From assembly GCA_036337435.1 (NCBI GenBank), contig JAYZEG010000030.1:1-64000 (forward strand): a stretch of DNA of 64,000 nucleotides, in the 5' to 3' direction. The position numbers and the translations under genes are program-made. The DNA comes from Myxococcota bacterium. GTDB lineage: Bacteria; Myxococcota_A; Bradymonadia; UBA7976; UBA1532. The stretch's first letter is position 1, and every line of letters begins with the position of its first letter. Of this stretch, positions 1 through 9,812 are shown piece by piece. The notes beneath the pieces were generated by a model. It searched no databases. It was not told the origin of the DNA and saw only the letters and a program-made list of their open reading frames with translations.

Positions 1-216
1 AGCGTCCGTCTTGGCATACTTGGTCATCACCGCAGACCACGCCCTCACACGGGTCGCCGCCCATATTCACGCAGCGTCCGTCTTGGCATACTTGGTCATC
101 ACCGCAGACCACGCCCTCACACGGGTCGCCGCCCATATTCACGCAGCGTCCGTCTACGCAAACCAATCCGCCCTCGCAGAAAACGCCTTCACATGGGTCA
201 CCGCCCATATCAACAC
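1..216. repeat. 72-bp coding tandem repeat (two identical copies 1-72 and 73-144, diverged third copy 145-216)
   Basis: Direct comparison. On the minus strand each unit encodes DPCEGVVCGDDQVCQDGRCVNMGG; the array runs off the window edge. Confidence 0.95.
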
Positions 217-3200
217 AGCGGTCATTTTCGCAAACTTGATCCGGCCCGCACTGGACGCCGCCGCAAAGCGCAGCGCAATCACAAGCCGGTGCCGCACATC
301 CGTCGGGTGCGTTTAGAGCACCGCGACAGAAAAGCTCACAGACACCTGGCGCGTCGGCCGACGGACATTGATTCTGAACACAAATACCGGGACATGGGTC
401 AGCCTCAATTGGATTGCCCTCATCATCGAGCGCAGGGGGTGCATCCGGGTCACAGTCATCTGCAGGATCGTCGATACAATTTTGGTCAGCTGGGCACGCG
501 ATTCGGTCCGGACCACCACACGTTGTCTGGACACATCGGTTGGCCCGACATGTACTGTCGTCTGCGCAGTCATCTGAGTCACGACAAATGCCTTCACATT
601 GACACGGAACGGCCGGACATGTGTCTGGCACGACCACATCACCCAAGCAAATCGCTACACATTGATCCGCTTGTGGACAGAGCTCTGCACAGTCCGCTTC
701 ATCGGCACGGTTCTCACAGTCCTCGATTCCATCGCAAAGGCTTAAAGGATCGACACATTGGCCGTCACCGCACGCAAAATCCGGTGCGCAATCGATTGGA
801 GCGCAATCTGTTTCATCGCTGCCATCTAAACAATCCGCTCTCTGGTTACAGGCGAATTGGACGTCGATGCATTGACCATCGGCACAGGTAAACTGGTCAT
901 CGTCGCATGGTGGCAACCCACAGGTTTCATCGGATTCGTCAGTGCCGTCGCCACAATCTTGAAAACCGTCGCAACGACCGATGAGCGGAATGCACTGGCC
1001 ATCAGAGCAGGTAAACTGCGCGTCATTACAAACGACCGGACCACACCGGTCCTCGTCGCGACCATTGGCACAATCACGGGACCCGTCGCAGCTTGGTACA
1101 CAGCGACCATCTTCTGCACAGGGTGTTGTCCCCTCAGGGCATGGGCAACCCGGGTCGCAATGATCTGGTCGCTGACAGCCGTCAACATTGAGCTCTACTC
1201 CATCACATTCACTCAGAGCGCAGAAGGCGACATTGAAGGCGCCTTGGTCCGGACACACGACCTCAGGTTCGCAGGCCCCTTGCTCGGCAACACCCACCCG
1301 TGCACAGCGAGCCAAACACTCGCTATTGTAGGTGTTTCCATCAACGCCACAAACGGGCTCAAAAACAGCCGGGCAACTACAAACTGCACATCGGTTATTG
1401 TCGCAAATTTGACCCGGCTGACAATCTTCATCTGCCTGGCAATCAGGCTCTGGGCAATCTCGTTCATCTGATCCATCGGCGCAGTTTCTCTCGCCATCAC
1501 AGACATCATCAACGGCAATACAGGCGTCATCATCGCAGGCAAACTGACCATCCTCACATCCGGCTCCTGGACAGCCTTGTTCGTCGCTCCGGTCTGCACA
1601 ATCCGCGAATCCATCGCAGCGGGCGACAGCAGGAACACAACTTTCGTCAGCGCAGGTGAACTGATTGTCTCGACAACCAGGTTCACATTCGACTTCATCT
1701 TCACCGCCGACACAATCTGCCTGCCCATTGCAAGCTTGTGCGCATTGGCCATTATCCACGCAGGGGACTTGGCCCTCACCACATGGACAAGCACCATGAC
1801 AGGCGGGTGCGGGGCAGCCACGAGGCAGGTCAAGTTCAATCCCGTTGCACAGGAGTTGGTTACACCATGCTAACGCCGATGGACAATCTTCAGGTGGTGG
1901 ACATTCGCCAACCTGTGCGACCTCGACTCGCGCACATCGAGCAGTACATGCACTTCCGTACGTATTGCCGTCAACACCGCAGACAGGCTCGAAGACCGCC
2001 TCGCATTCACAGACCTCGCACTGATCATTCTCACAGCGTTGGCCTGCATCACAATCTACGTCTTGTTGGCAGGCTTCACCGGGGCAATCCCGCTCATCTT
2101 GGCCATCTTGGCAATCCCTTTGACCATCACAAACCCGATTTTGCTCAATACACTCGCCATCAGCACAACGGAATCGGCCATCGTCACACTCCGGTTGAGG
2201 GCAATCCATTTCGTCGCTTCGATCAGCACAATCCGCAATGCCATCGCAGCGACCAAGCAAGGGAATACAGGCACCATCCGTGCAAGTAAATTGCTCATCG
2301 GTGCATTCGACCGGACCGCAATTGGCTTCATCACGACCATCGGCACATTGAGCGACGTCGTCACACGCAGGCACACATCGACCAGCGTCTGCACAGGGTG
2401 TCGTCCCTTCCCCGCAAGGACAACCATGACAAGTCGGCTGAGCACACCCATCAGGCAGTGGCGGCATAACACGCTCGCATTCGAGCAAGGCACACCAGAC
2501 GTCTGGACTTGGACATTCTACGTCGACAACACACTCTCCTTCGGCGGCGATTTCGACGTGTTGGCATGCGGCCTGGCATTCATTCCCGTACGTGTTGCCA
2601 TCGACACCACAAACCGGCTCGCGAACCGCTGGACATTCACACGGAATACACTCGCCTTGTGTACAACGCTGACCGCGCTCACAGTCAACATCTTCAACAC
2701 AGCGATTGCAGTCGACTTCGTCAGCACCGTCGTCACAATCTCGTGCACCGTCACATTGTTGAATGGGGTCTAAGCACGGCCCATTATCCGGGCAGGCGAA
2801 CTCACCATCAGCACAGACAACCGGACAAGGGTCGCACGCGGGGTCCGCACATCCAGCCGGCAATTGGATGGGGTCTGGGGTACATCGGGACTGGCATACC
2901 GCGTCTGGGTCAGGGCAATTTCTGGGCACACAGACACCAGTACAGTTTGGATCGTCGCCCCCAATTCGACAGTCGCCATCCGGATTATCGACGCATTCTT
3001 GATCGTCTGGGCAGTCAACACCCATGGCACCACCACAGAATCGATCGATACAACGCCCGTCCATACACATTTCACCGTCATCGCAATCACCATCTAGGTC
3101 GCAGACGTTGCAAACGCAGTCTGGTTGTGGGCATCCAGCTGGGATGGGCGGCGCCGGTTGATTCGTACAGACAGCATCACAGATAACCTCCGCTGCAGGA

Positions 3201-5077
3201 CATGCAACACAGGCGTCATCAATACAGACACTGCCGTCCGCACACGGACGCTCAGCATGGCACTCACGGCAATCACAATTTGGTTCTGGACACCCGTCCG
3301 GATTATCAACATTCTCACCAGCGCACTGCTGCACACAAAGGGCGTCTTCGTCAGGGCATTGGAGCTCAATGCAGTATCCGGAACAGTCGGCATCATCGGC
3401 GTTTGGATCGCAGTCATCGGGTACATCGAGGCAAGTTTCTCCATCGGGACAGGCCAAATCGGCCAAACCGCCACACTGCTGTCGGCAAACATCGCCAATG
3501 AGTATCTCACCAGCGGGACAGGGTGGGCATTCACCTTGCTGGTCAACCTCGACGTGGGCGCATCGCGCTCGACACGCATTGTCATAGGTCACACCGTCGA
3601 CACCGCACACCGGTTCGAAATTTCGGTCGCAATTACAAGGCAGACAAAAACCACGTTCACACACGCGATTGACAGGACAGTCTTGGTCAGCGGCGCATTG
3701 TGGTTCGCCGCATTGGTCCCATGAAACGCAACGGTCTGTGTAACAGCCGGCGAGAACTTCCGGAACCGTACCTGCCTCACAATCAGGCCGAGCCTGGCCG
3801 CAGACCAATGGTTGGCCATCGGCATTGCACAAAGGATCGACGTCATCGCAACGTCCATCGTTATCTGCATCGGGACATTCACACCCCTCATCGATCAATT
3901 GGTCACAATCATCGTCTTGACGGTTTCCACAGACTTCTTCGACAGCATCGCATGCAGCCTCGCAAGGGCCTGCGTAATCAACGGCCACGCCCGCTCGATT
4001 AGCTTGGCATGCATTCTGATAGTCTTGTCCATCGCAGCCACAAACCGGTGCTCTTAATCGGGGGCAGTCGGCCGGGCGCTCTAAGCATCGGCCAATCTGG
4101 TCTAAACGGCCACATTCTGCACCTTCGCCGTAATCACAAAATTGTCCATCGCCACACTCAAGCCCTTGCAAGCCGCCGCAAGCGTTATCCTCAACCCGGC
4201 CGCAAGCTTCAGCAAGAATACAGTTCCCGGTGTAACAGCCGTCTCGCGCTTCGGCCATAAAGCCCATGATGCACTCCGGCGGAGCCAAATCACATGCGAC
4301 CTGGACACCATCGGTGTTACAAGTCATGTCCTCGTCATCGCAGATGTCATCCATGTCCCGGTCAATGCAGGGACATTCAGCGATTTGCCAAGTGCATTCT
4401 CGATTATCGGCAGGAGCACACTCAACTTGGGGAATCGAACCATCGGGACATGCTGCAATTGCGGGAGGGGGACCACAATCATCAGGTCGACAAACCAAGG
4501 GCTCGACACCCATGTCCGCAGGGATGGCTGCATCGGCTGGACCGGCCATATCGTCAGGTACACCCGCATCCTCAGGGACAGCCATATCGACTGAAGCATC
4601 TGCTCCACCGGCACCACCTTCGGCTCCAGCACCACCAGCACCACCGATTCCAGCTTCGCCGCCAGTGCCACCTGCACCGGCTACGCCACCCGTTCCCGCT
4701 GTACCTCCAGTGCCAGCCTCGCCACCAGCACCACCAGTTCCAGCCTCACCGCCAGCTCCGGCCTCACCACCAGCACCAGCAGCACCACCGATTCCAGCCT
4801 CGCCGCCAGTACCACCGACCCCGGCGGTCCCACCAGCACCACCGGCACCAGCTGTCCCGCCAGCACCACCTTCAGCACCAGCACCGGCCTCACCGCCTGA
4901 TCCGGCTTCGCCTCCAGCACCGCCAATGGCACCTTGACCGCCGCCACCCCCGGCTCCGGATGTGGTCATATCGATCTGTGGACCCGCATCTGCTGTTGGT
5001 CCTGGTGTCTCAGTATCACAGCCAAGAAAAACCAACGCAGCAATGGTAACAAGCTTCAAATAGACGTCACACTTCAT
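1..5077 (-). CDS. Giant Cys-rich surface lipoprotein (>=1692 aa, 3' end outside window): Gly-rich stalk, 5 Kazal domains, ~11 LDL-receptor class A-like repeats, follistatin-N-like tandem repeats
   Basis: Absent from the ORF track because it has no stop in the window. Translated by hand from ATG 5077: MKCDVYLKLVTIAALVFLG|CDTETPG (lipobox, Cys20). The frame at base 2 matches the start frame, and no track ORF terminates in this frame. Motifs include CPAVREPVCGVDGNTYGNEC (Kazal), CTDEQFTCTDGACIPLLGRCDGIADCADRSDEMDC (LDLa) and EEVCGNRQDDDCDQLIDEGC. Confidence 0.9.
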   Translation of the reverse strand, partial: MKCDVYLKLVTIAALVFLGCDTETPGPTADAGPQIDMTTSGAGGGGGQGAIGGAGGEAGSGGEAGAGAEGGAGGTAGAGGAGGTAGVGGTGGEAGIGGAAGAGGEAGAGGEAGTGGAGGEAGTGGTAGTGGVAGAGGTGGEAGIGGAGGAGAEGGAGGADASVDMAVPEDAGVPDDMAGPADAAIPADMGVEPLVCRPDDCGPPPAIAACPDGSIPQVECAPADNRECTWQIAECPCIDRDMDDICDDEDMTCNTDGVQVACDLAPPECIMGFMAEARDGCYTGNCILAEACGRVEDNACGGLQGLECGDGQFCDYGEGAECGRLDQIGRCLERPADCPRLRAPVCGCDGQDYQNACQANRAGVAVDYAGPCEAACDAVEEVCGNRQDDDCDQLIDEGCECPDADNDGRCDDVDPLCNADGQPLVCGQARPDCEAGTVPEVLAGCYTDRCVSWDQCGEPQCAADQDCPVNRVCERGFCLPCNCDRNFEPVCGVDGVTYDNACRARCAHVEVDQQGECPPCPAGEILIGDVCRQQCGGLADLACPDGETCLDVPDDCDPNADDADCSGYCIELQCPDEDALCVQQCAGENVDNPDGCPEPNCDCRECHAERPCADGSVCIDDACVACPAAEVICDAVCTNQPAPPIPAGCPQPDCVCNVCDLDGDCDDGEMCMDGRCIDRFCGGAMGVDCPDDQECVDNPDGDCRIGGDDPNCTGVCVPRNCPDPDAVCQSRCTPDPIQLPAGCADPACDPCPVVCADGEFACPDNGPCLDPIQQCDGARDCDDGADEVDCNRCVEDVDCERGQRCTQGECIPCECPAVREPVCGVDGNTYGNECQAACQHVEIAAEGECVVDVECPSPDVWCALLECERVMPPLPDGCAQPTCHGCPCGEGTTPCADAGRCVPACDDVAQCADGRDEANCGPVECTDEQFTCTDGACIPLLGRCDGIADCADRSDEMDCPQPECDDGRFRCADGECIEQNRVCDGQRDCQDGQDERDCPGEACQQDVDCDAGQRCENDQCEVCECEAVFEPVCGVDGNTYGSACTARCARVEVAQVGECPPPEDCPSALAWCNQLLCNGIELDLPRGCPAPACHGACPCGEGQVPCVDNGQCAQACNGQADCVGGEDEVECEPGCRDNQFTCADESCVPAVARCDGFADCADRSDEQGCPGAGCEDGQFACDDDACIAVDDVCDGERNCADGSDERDCPEPDCQADEDCQPGQICDNNRCAVCSCPAVFEPVCGVDGNTYNSECLARCARVGVAEQGACEPEVVCPDQGAFNVAFCALSECDGVELNVDGCQRPDHCDPGCPCPEGTTPCAEDGRCVPSCDGSRDCANGRDEDRCGPVVCNDAQFTCSDGQCIPLIGRCDGFQDCGDGTDESDETCGLPPCDDDQFTCADGQCIDVQFACNQRADCLDGSDETDCAPIDCAPDFACGDGQCVDPLSLCDGIEDCENRADEADCAELCPQADQCVAICLGDVVVPDTCPAVPCQCEGICRDSDDCADDSTCRANRCVQTTCGGPDRIACPADQNCIDDPADDCDPDAPPALDDEGNPIEADPCPGICVQNQCPSADAPGVCELFCRGALNAPDGCAAPACDCAALCGGVQCGPDQVCENDRCVDMGGDPCEGVFCEGGLVCVDGRCVNMGGDPCEGVVCGDDQVCQDGRCVNMGGDPCEGVVCGDDQVCQDGR
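4600..4960 (-). repeat. Low-complexity Gly/Ala-rich coding repeat (GGAGGEAGTGG-type) forming the stalk of the giant lipoprotein
   Basis: Recurring ccagcaccaccagc / cagcctcgccgcc units; the plus-strand shadow ORF reads PPAPPAP. Confidence 0.85.
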
Positions 5078-5335
5078 GTGTTGCCCCCAATAAAAACCCC
5101 AGCCGTTCGAGCACAGCCCGCTTCATTGTATCTTTGTACCCGATTCGAATCTAGTAGAGCTGAATATTTACAGCAAAATTGTTTAATTTTTCTGTAGTCA
5201 ACCCATCTGCCCAACTCAGAAGAACATCTATTTACAAATAGTACAAATTGTAACTGCGGCGCTTGCACTTGTCTGCACATCGTATGATGATCCCACAGCG
5301 AATCATCAAGATACCCAGACGTATTTTAGGGATAT

Positions 5336-7111
5336 ATGACCGACGTACAGCTCGAACCAGAATCGGTTATCAGCCAGGTAATACCGGAACGGCCAGGGCA
5401 CCGGATGACGGTTTGGGTATTTTTGAGACTGCTCGGAGTCACCTTCTTCGTTGCGTTCACCTCGCTTTGGAGCCAGAGCATGGGCCTCATCGGATCCGAG
5501 GGGATTATGCCGGCCACAGACTTTGTCTCCGAGATGGCAAGGTCGGGAACAGGCGTACGCTGGTGGCAAAACCCAACTCTTTTCTGGTTTATTGAACCCA
5601 GTGATTTAACGATTCATGCGCTCTTTCTCTGCGCAACCATTTTATCTATCGCTCTCGTGTTGGGCTTTCTACCCAGATTGGTCCTGGTGGGTCTGTGGAC
5701 GCTCTATTTGTCATTTTTTAGCGTGGGACAGCCTTTCTTGGGCTACCAGTGGGACATACTCTTGCTGGAGATCGGGTTTTTAGCGATTTTTCTCGCGCCA
5801 GGACGCGTTACACCAAACCTAAAGTTGGAACGTGAGCCTAGTCCCTACGTCGTGTGGCTGTTCAGATTGGTCTTATTTAAGCTGATCATCTCGTCCGGGT
5901 TGGTCAAACTCAACAGTGGAGATCCAACTTGGCAAGATTTGACAGCCCTGGACTTCCACTTTTGGACCCAACCGATTCCCCATCAGCTCGCGTGGTATGC
6001 CCATCAGATGGGGCCCGAGTTTCGACAAGTTGGCGTGATCTTTAATCACTACGTCGAACTCTGCATACCCTGGCTGATTATCTTCCCCATAAGCCGATTC
6101 ACGCTGCTGCCCTGGCTCGGGGTGACCGCCAGTCTTCTTTGGCTCTCCTTGGGCAGCATTACTGTATCCCTGGTGGTTTGGATTGGTGTCGGCACCGCGG
6201 CTCTCTACGGGCTTGAACATTGGCTCTGCAAGCGAAATACCTGGGTGCCCGACAGTGGTCGGAGTGCTCGAACGACTGCCTTAATTATGATTACAGCCCT
6301 CATGGCATCAGTGGGATTATCGGGCAACTATGGTTTTTTCAATCTCCTGACCATCGCCATCGCCATCTTGTGTCTAGATGACCGTCTACTATTCAGGCTG
6401 GTGCCTGATCACAAACTGCAGCTGATTCCCCATGAGGTAGGTCAACGGCCGACGGTCATATGGACGGTCATGGCGATCGCCCTGCTGTGCATCATGGTGC
6501 CCCTGAATAGTTTACGTCTCGTTCGAGCGTTTGCGCCCAGCTTGTCAACCCAGCACGCAGCGAATGCGGAGGTAAAACGGTCAAAAGGCACCCTCGCCGT
6601 AGCCAAGGCGGTAGAAAGTCTGGAGAAAACAGCCAGCCATTACTTTGGCCCGTTTGTCCTATCCAACGGATACGGATTGTTCGCCCGTATGACAACGGAG
6701 CGTTACGAATTGAAAGTTGAGGCTAGCCAAGATAGGCAAGAATGGAAAGCGTACACCTTCGAGTACAAACCCAACCACCGTAAAGACTTGAATTTTGCGT
6801 GGCTACACATGCCCAGATTAGACTGGCAAATGTGGTTTGCAGCGTTGTACCCGCAATGCAATCAACGCTGGTTCTTCAGTTTTTTAGACCAGCTTTTACG
6901 GGGCTCGAAGCCTGTTCTTGGCCTTCTTGACGACTCGCCGTTCGGAACGGAGCCACCTGCTTATATTCGTGTCTCACGGGACAAGTATGAATTTGCATTG
7001 AACCAGCCGAAGGGACAGAACGACGACTATTGGACGGCTGAACCGGTGAGTCCCTATTGCCCGGTCCTTACGGGGTCTCAGCTGAAGAGGGTGCTGCAAC
7101 GCCGTAGATGA
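5336..7111 (+). CDS. Lipase maturation factor (LMF1) family membrane protein
   Basis: Family motifs GYQWDILLLEIGFL, SGLVKL..GDPTWQDLTALDFHFWTQPIP, GNYGFFNLLT, YGLFARMT and HMPRLDWQMWFAAL; multiple TM segments. Confidence 0.92.
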   Translation: MTDVQLEPESVISQVIPERPGHRMTVWVFLRLLGVTFFVAFTSLWSQSMGLIGSEGIMPATDFVSEMARSGTGVRWWQNPTLFWFIEPSDLTIHALFLCATILSIALVLGFLPRLVLVGLWTLYLSFFSVGQPFLGYQWDILLLEIGFLAIFLAPGRVTPNLKLEREPSPYVVWLFRLVLFKLIISSGLVKLNSGDPTWQDLTALDFHFWTQPIPHQLAWYAHQMGPEFRQVGVIFNHYVELCIPWLIIFPISRFTLLPWLGVTASLLWLSLGSITVSLVVWIGVGTAALYGLEHWLCKRNTWVPDSGRSARTTALIMITALMASVGLSGNYGFFNLLTIAIAILCLDDRLLFRLVPDHKLQLIPHEVGQRPTVIWTVMAIALLCIMVPLNSLRLVRAFAPSLSTQHAANAEVKRSKGTLAVAKAVESLEKTASHYFGPFVLSNGYGLFARMTTERYELKVEASQDRQEWKAYTFEYKPNHRKDLNFAWLHMPRLDWQMWFAALYPQCNQRWFFSFLDQLLRGSKPVLGLLDDSPFGTEPPAYIRVSRDKYEFALNQPKGQNDDYWTAEPVSPYCPVLTGSQLKRVLQRRR

Positions 7112-7316
7112 TAACACCGTCACTCTGCAATTGCTCAAGGTTGCTTGCCCTGAGTGCCCTGCGCTTGTCGTTGAGACCATCTTCAAGGCAAAAACAGTCA
7201 CCGGTGCCAACACCACCGCAAGACCCTTTGAGTGGTGGCCGTTTAAAGATCACACCGACGGCCATGACCAACATGACTGTTGCCATCAACCCAACTGTAA
7301 CAAGAACCATCTCCAT
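7068..7316 (-). CDS. nqrM: Na+-NQR maturation protein NqrM
   Basis: One TM helix followed by MAVGVIFKRPPLKGSCGG; directly downstream of apbE and the nqr operon. ATG 7316 preferred over GTG 7325. Confidence 0.85.
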   Translation of the reverse strand: MEMVLVTVGLMATVMLVMAVGVIFKRPPLKGSCGGVGTGDCFCLEDGLNDKRRALRASNLEQLQSDGVIIYGVAAPSSAETP

Positions 7317-7362
7317 TTTATGCACTCCAGCGACCTGTTGTCGGTACTATAACAAAAATCGT

Positions 7363-8451
7363 CTACTCTGGCTGTTTTAAGATCGAGCGTAGGGCCGTAA
7401 ATCCCTCAGTTGCCCGTTCTTGGTACCCATCTTTACCTCGAATGAGCATGAATATTTTAAGCCCGTTTTTCTCTGCCAGAGCCATGGCCTCATCAGGCCC
7501 AAGAACATTCAGTGCTGTAGCCCAGCCATCGGCCTCCATACACGTCTCGGCAACAACCGTGACGCTACTCAAGGAGTGGGTAATCGGTCGGCCTGTTCGC
7601 GGATCGATGGTATGAGACACTCGCTTACCATCGACTTCATAAAAATTGCGGTAGTCACCCGACGTCGCCATCGCACCAGTCCCAAGGTCAATGATGGCAT
7701 TTTTATGAACTTCTCCCATGCCAGCGCCTGGGCGTTCCACAGCCAAACGCCAGGGCTTCCGACGGTGGTTCAATCCGCTTGTTCGGAGTTCTCCACCAAT
7801 TTCAACTAGGAAGTCACGCTGGCCTGCCTCCGAGAGTGTCTTCGCAACCTGGTCAACGGCATATCCTTTGGCGATGGCCGAAAGGTCCACATAAACATCG
7901 GCTTGGCTTTTGGTGATTCGGCCGGTCGTCTCATCGATCCGAATTTTTTTGTAACCCACGCGCGCTCGAGCGGCATTCAAAGCCCCCTCAGAGGGTGGCT
8001 CACTCGCCTTGTCCGGCCCGAAACCCCATGCATTGACAACCGGGCCGATGGTTGGGTCAAAAGCACCACGGGTCTCTTCACTGATGGCCAGTGCTTTTGC
8101 CAATACAGCTCGTAAGTCACTGGATGCATCAAAAGGCGAGTTGGCACCGTGACCATTTAATTGCGAGATTTCTGAATCGGCAAGATAGGTCGACATGGAC
8201 CGGTTCACTTGGCCAATGGCCGCCTGCACACCATCTGAAAGTGCCTGATATGAGGCCGGCGTTTCGGCCGGCGAGACAACCTTGATCAGATAAGATGTGC
8301 CCATGGCTTGGCCGCGGATTTCCGTTGTCAGAAAATCGGGTTCGACCCGACGCATATACAGCGTCACGAACAAGGCTGTGACAAACAGAAAGGGAATGAT
8401 GAGTCGGCGCAGCGGAGGGGGCGTACCCCGCGGCGCTGTAAGTAAGAGCAT
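7363..8451 (-). CDS. apbE: FAD:protein FMN transferase ApbE
   Basis: GQAMGT, GAFDPTIGP, DLSAIAKGYAVD, VEIGGE, MATSGDYRN, HTIDPRTG, ADGWATAL; adjacent to nqrF. Confidence 0.95.
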   Translation of the reverse strand: MLLLTAPRGTPPPLRRLIIPFLFVTALFVTLYMRRVEPDFLTTEIRGQAMGTSYLIKVVSPAETPASYQALSDGVQAAIGQVNRSMSTYLADSEISQLNGHGANSPFDASSDLRAVLAKALAISEETRGAFDPTIGPVVNAWGFGPDKASEPPSEGALNAARARVGYKKIRIDETTGRITKSQADVYVDLSAIAKGYAVDQVAKTLSEAGQRDFLVEIGGELRTSGLNHRRKPWRLAVERPGAGMGEVHKNAIIDLGTGAMATSGDYRNFYEVDGKRVSHTIDPRTGRPITHSLSSVTVVAETCMEADGWATALNVLGPDEAMALAEKNGLKIFMLIRGKDGYQERATEGFTALRSILKQPE

Positions 8452-8507
8452 GGGGCGCGCTGCCTCCTGGAAACGAACTGTGTTAAGGCACCTGCGACGC
8501 GCCCGCG

Positions 8508-9797
8508 TTAGCCACCAAAATCGTCTAGTGCGATATTTTCATCTTCAACGCCGAGGTCGATGAGCATGTTAATGACCGACTGGTTCATCATAGGTGGACC
8601 ACACATGTAGTATTCGACGTCCTCAGGCGACGGATGGTCTTTGAGGTAATTGTCGTACAGTACGTTATGAATGAATCCCGAATACCCGTGTTTTGCACCT
8701 TCGGCCTGGCGACACGGCGAATCCGGATTGTCCCAATCGTCCTCAGGCACAGCGTCCGATAACGCCAGATGCCATTGGAAGTTGTCATTCTCACGATTGA
8801 TCTCTTCAAAGTCTTCGATGTAGAAGGCCTCGCGATAGCTCCGAGCCCCGTACCAAAAGCTCACCTTCCGGTCGGTCTTAATCCGTCTGAATTGGTCGAA
8901 GATGTGCGACCGCATCGGAGCCATACCAGCACCACCACCGACAAAGACCATCTCGTTGTCGGTCTCCTTTGCGAAGAACTCGCCGAAGGGTCCAGAAATC
9001 GTGACGTCGTCGCCGGGCTTGAGACCGAAGATATACGAGGACATAATGCCCGGAGGCACATCCATCCATGCATTTGCCTTGCGGTCCCATGGTGGACTCG
9101 CAATCCGAACGTTGAGCATGATGATGTCTTGCTCTTCGGGGTAGTTCGCCATCGAGTACGCTCTGGTCACCGCTTCCGGCACCTCGGAGACAAAGCCCCA
9201 CATACCAAATTTGTCCCAGTCGCCTCGATAATCGTCTTCGATAATGAAGTCTTCGTACTTCACAACGTGTGGCGGACATTCAATCTGGATGTAGCCGCCT
9301 GCTCTAAAAGGCACCACCTCACCTGCCGGAATTTCCAGAACAAGTTCCTTGATGAAGGTCGCGACGTTTTCGTTAGAGCGCACTTTACAGACCCATTTAC
9401 GAACACCAAACACCTCGGGTTCAATATGGATCTTCATGTCTTGTTTGACCTTAACTTGGCAAGACAGTCGGCATCCCTGCCGCTCCTCACCACGGCTGAC
9501 GTGGGTTTTTTCAGTGGGGAGAATAGAACCTCCGCCATCATGGACATCAACTTTACAGACGCCGCACGTTCCACCCCCACCACACGCTGAAGGGATGAAA
9601 ATTTTCTGGGCTGCGAGCGTGTTGAGAAGCGTGCCGCCCGCGGCGACCTCAATAATCTTCTCTCCCTCGTTGATATTAATTTTTACCGCACCCGAATTAA
9701 CGAGTTTGGCGCGTGCAGCCATGAGACCCACGGTCAATGCGACAACAATGACCAGAAAAGCCCCCGTGCTGAACAGAATAACGAATGTAGGATCCAT
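8508..9797 (-). CDS. nqrF: Na+-translocating NADH:quinone reductase subunit F
   Basis: 2Fe-2S motif [12 protein letters not shown]...[37 protein letters not shown]-terminal DDFGG. Confidence 0.97.
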   Translation of the reverse strand: MDPTFVILFSTGAFLVIVVALTVGLMAARAKLVNSGAVKININEGEKIIEVAAGGTLLNTLAAQKIFIPSACGGGGTCGVCKVDVHDGGGSILPTEKTHVSRGEERQGCRLSCQVKVKQDMKIHIEPEVFGVRKWVCKVRSNENVATFIKELVLEIPAGEVVPFRAGGYIQIECPPHVVKYEDFIIEDDYRGDWDKFGMWGFVSEVPEAVTRAYSMANYPEEQDIIMLNVRIASPPWDRKANAWMDVPPGIMSSYIFGLKPGDDVTISGPFGEFFAKETDNEMVFVGGGAGMAPMRSHIFDQFRRIKTDRKVSFWYGARSYREAFYIEDFEEINRENDNFQWHLALSDAVPEDDWDNPDSPCRQAEGAKHGYSGFIHNVLYDNYLKDHPSPEDVEYYMCGPPMMNQSVINMLIDLGVEDENIALDDFGG

Positions 9798-9812
9798 TTT
9801 GGTATTCTCCTG

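Noticed and set aside
1..216. 72-bp repeats as a possible CRISPR array
   Set aside because: The units are contiguous with no unique spacers, are a multiple of 3, encode a protein repeat, and no cas genes are present.
11..5049. Many plus-strand and alternative-frame ORFs (His/Arg-rich, Thr/Ile/Val-rich, PPAPP-rich)
   Set aside because: They are shadows of the repetitive Cys/Asp/Gly-rich minus-strand gene and have no independent motifs.
8769..9590. 273-aa antisense ORF inside nqrF, and similar ones in nqrC, tpiA, the FGE gene and fliC
   Set aside because: Antisense frames with no recognisable motifs. Unlike the menE case, only one strand encodes an identifiable protein.
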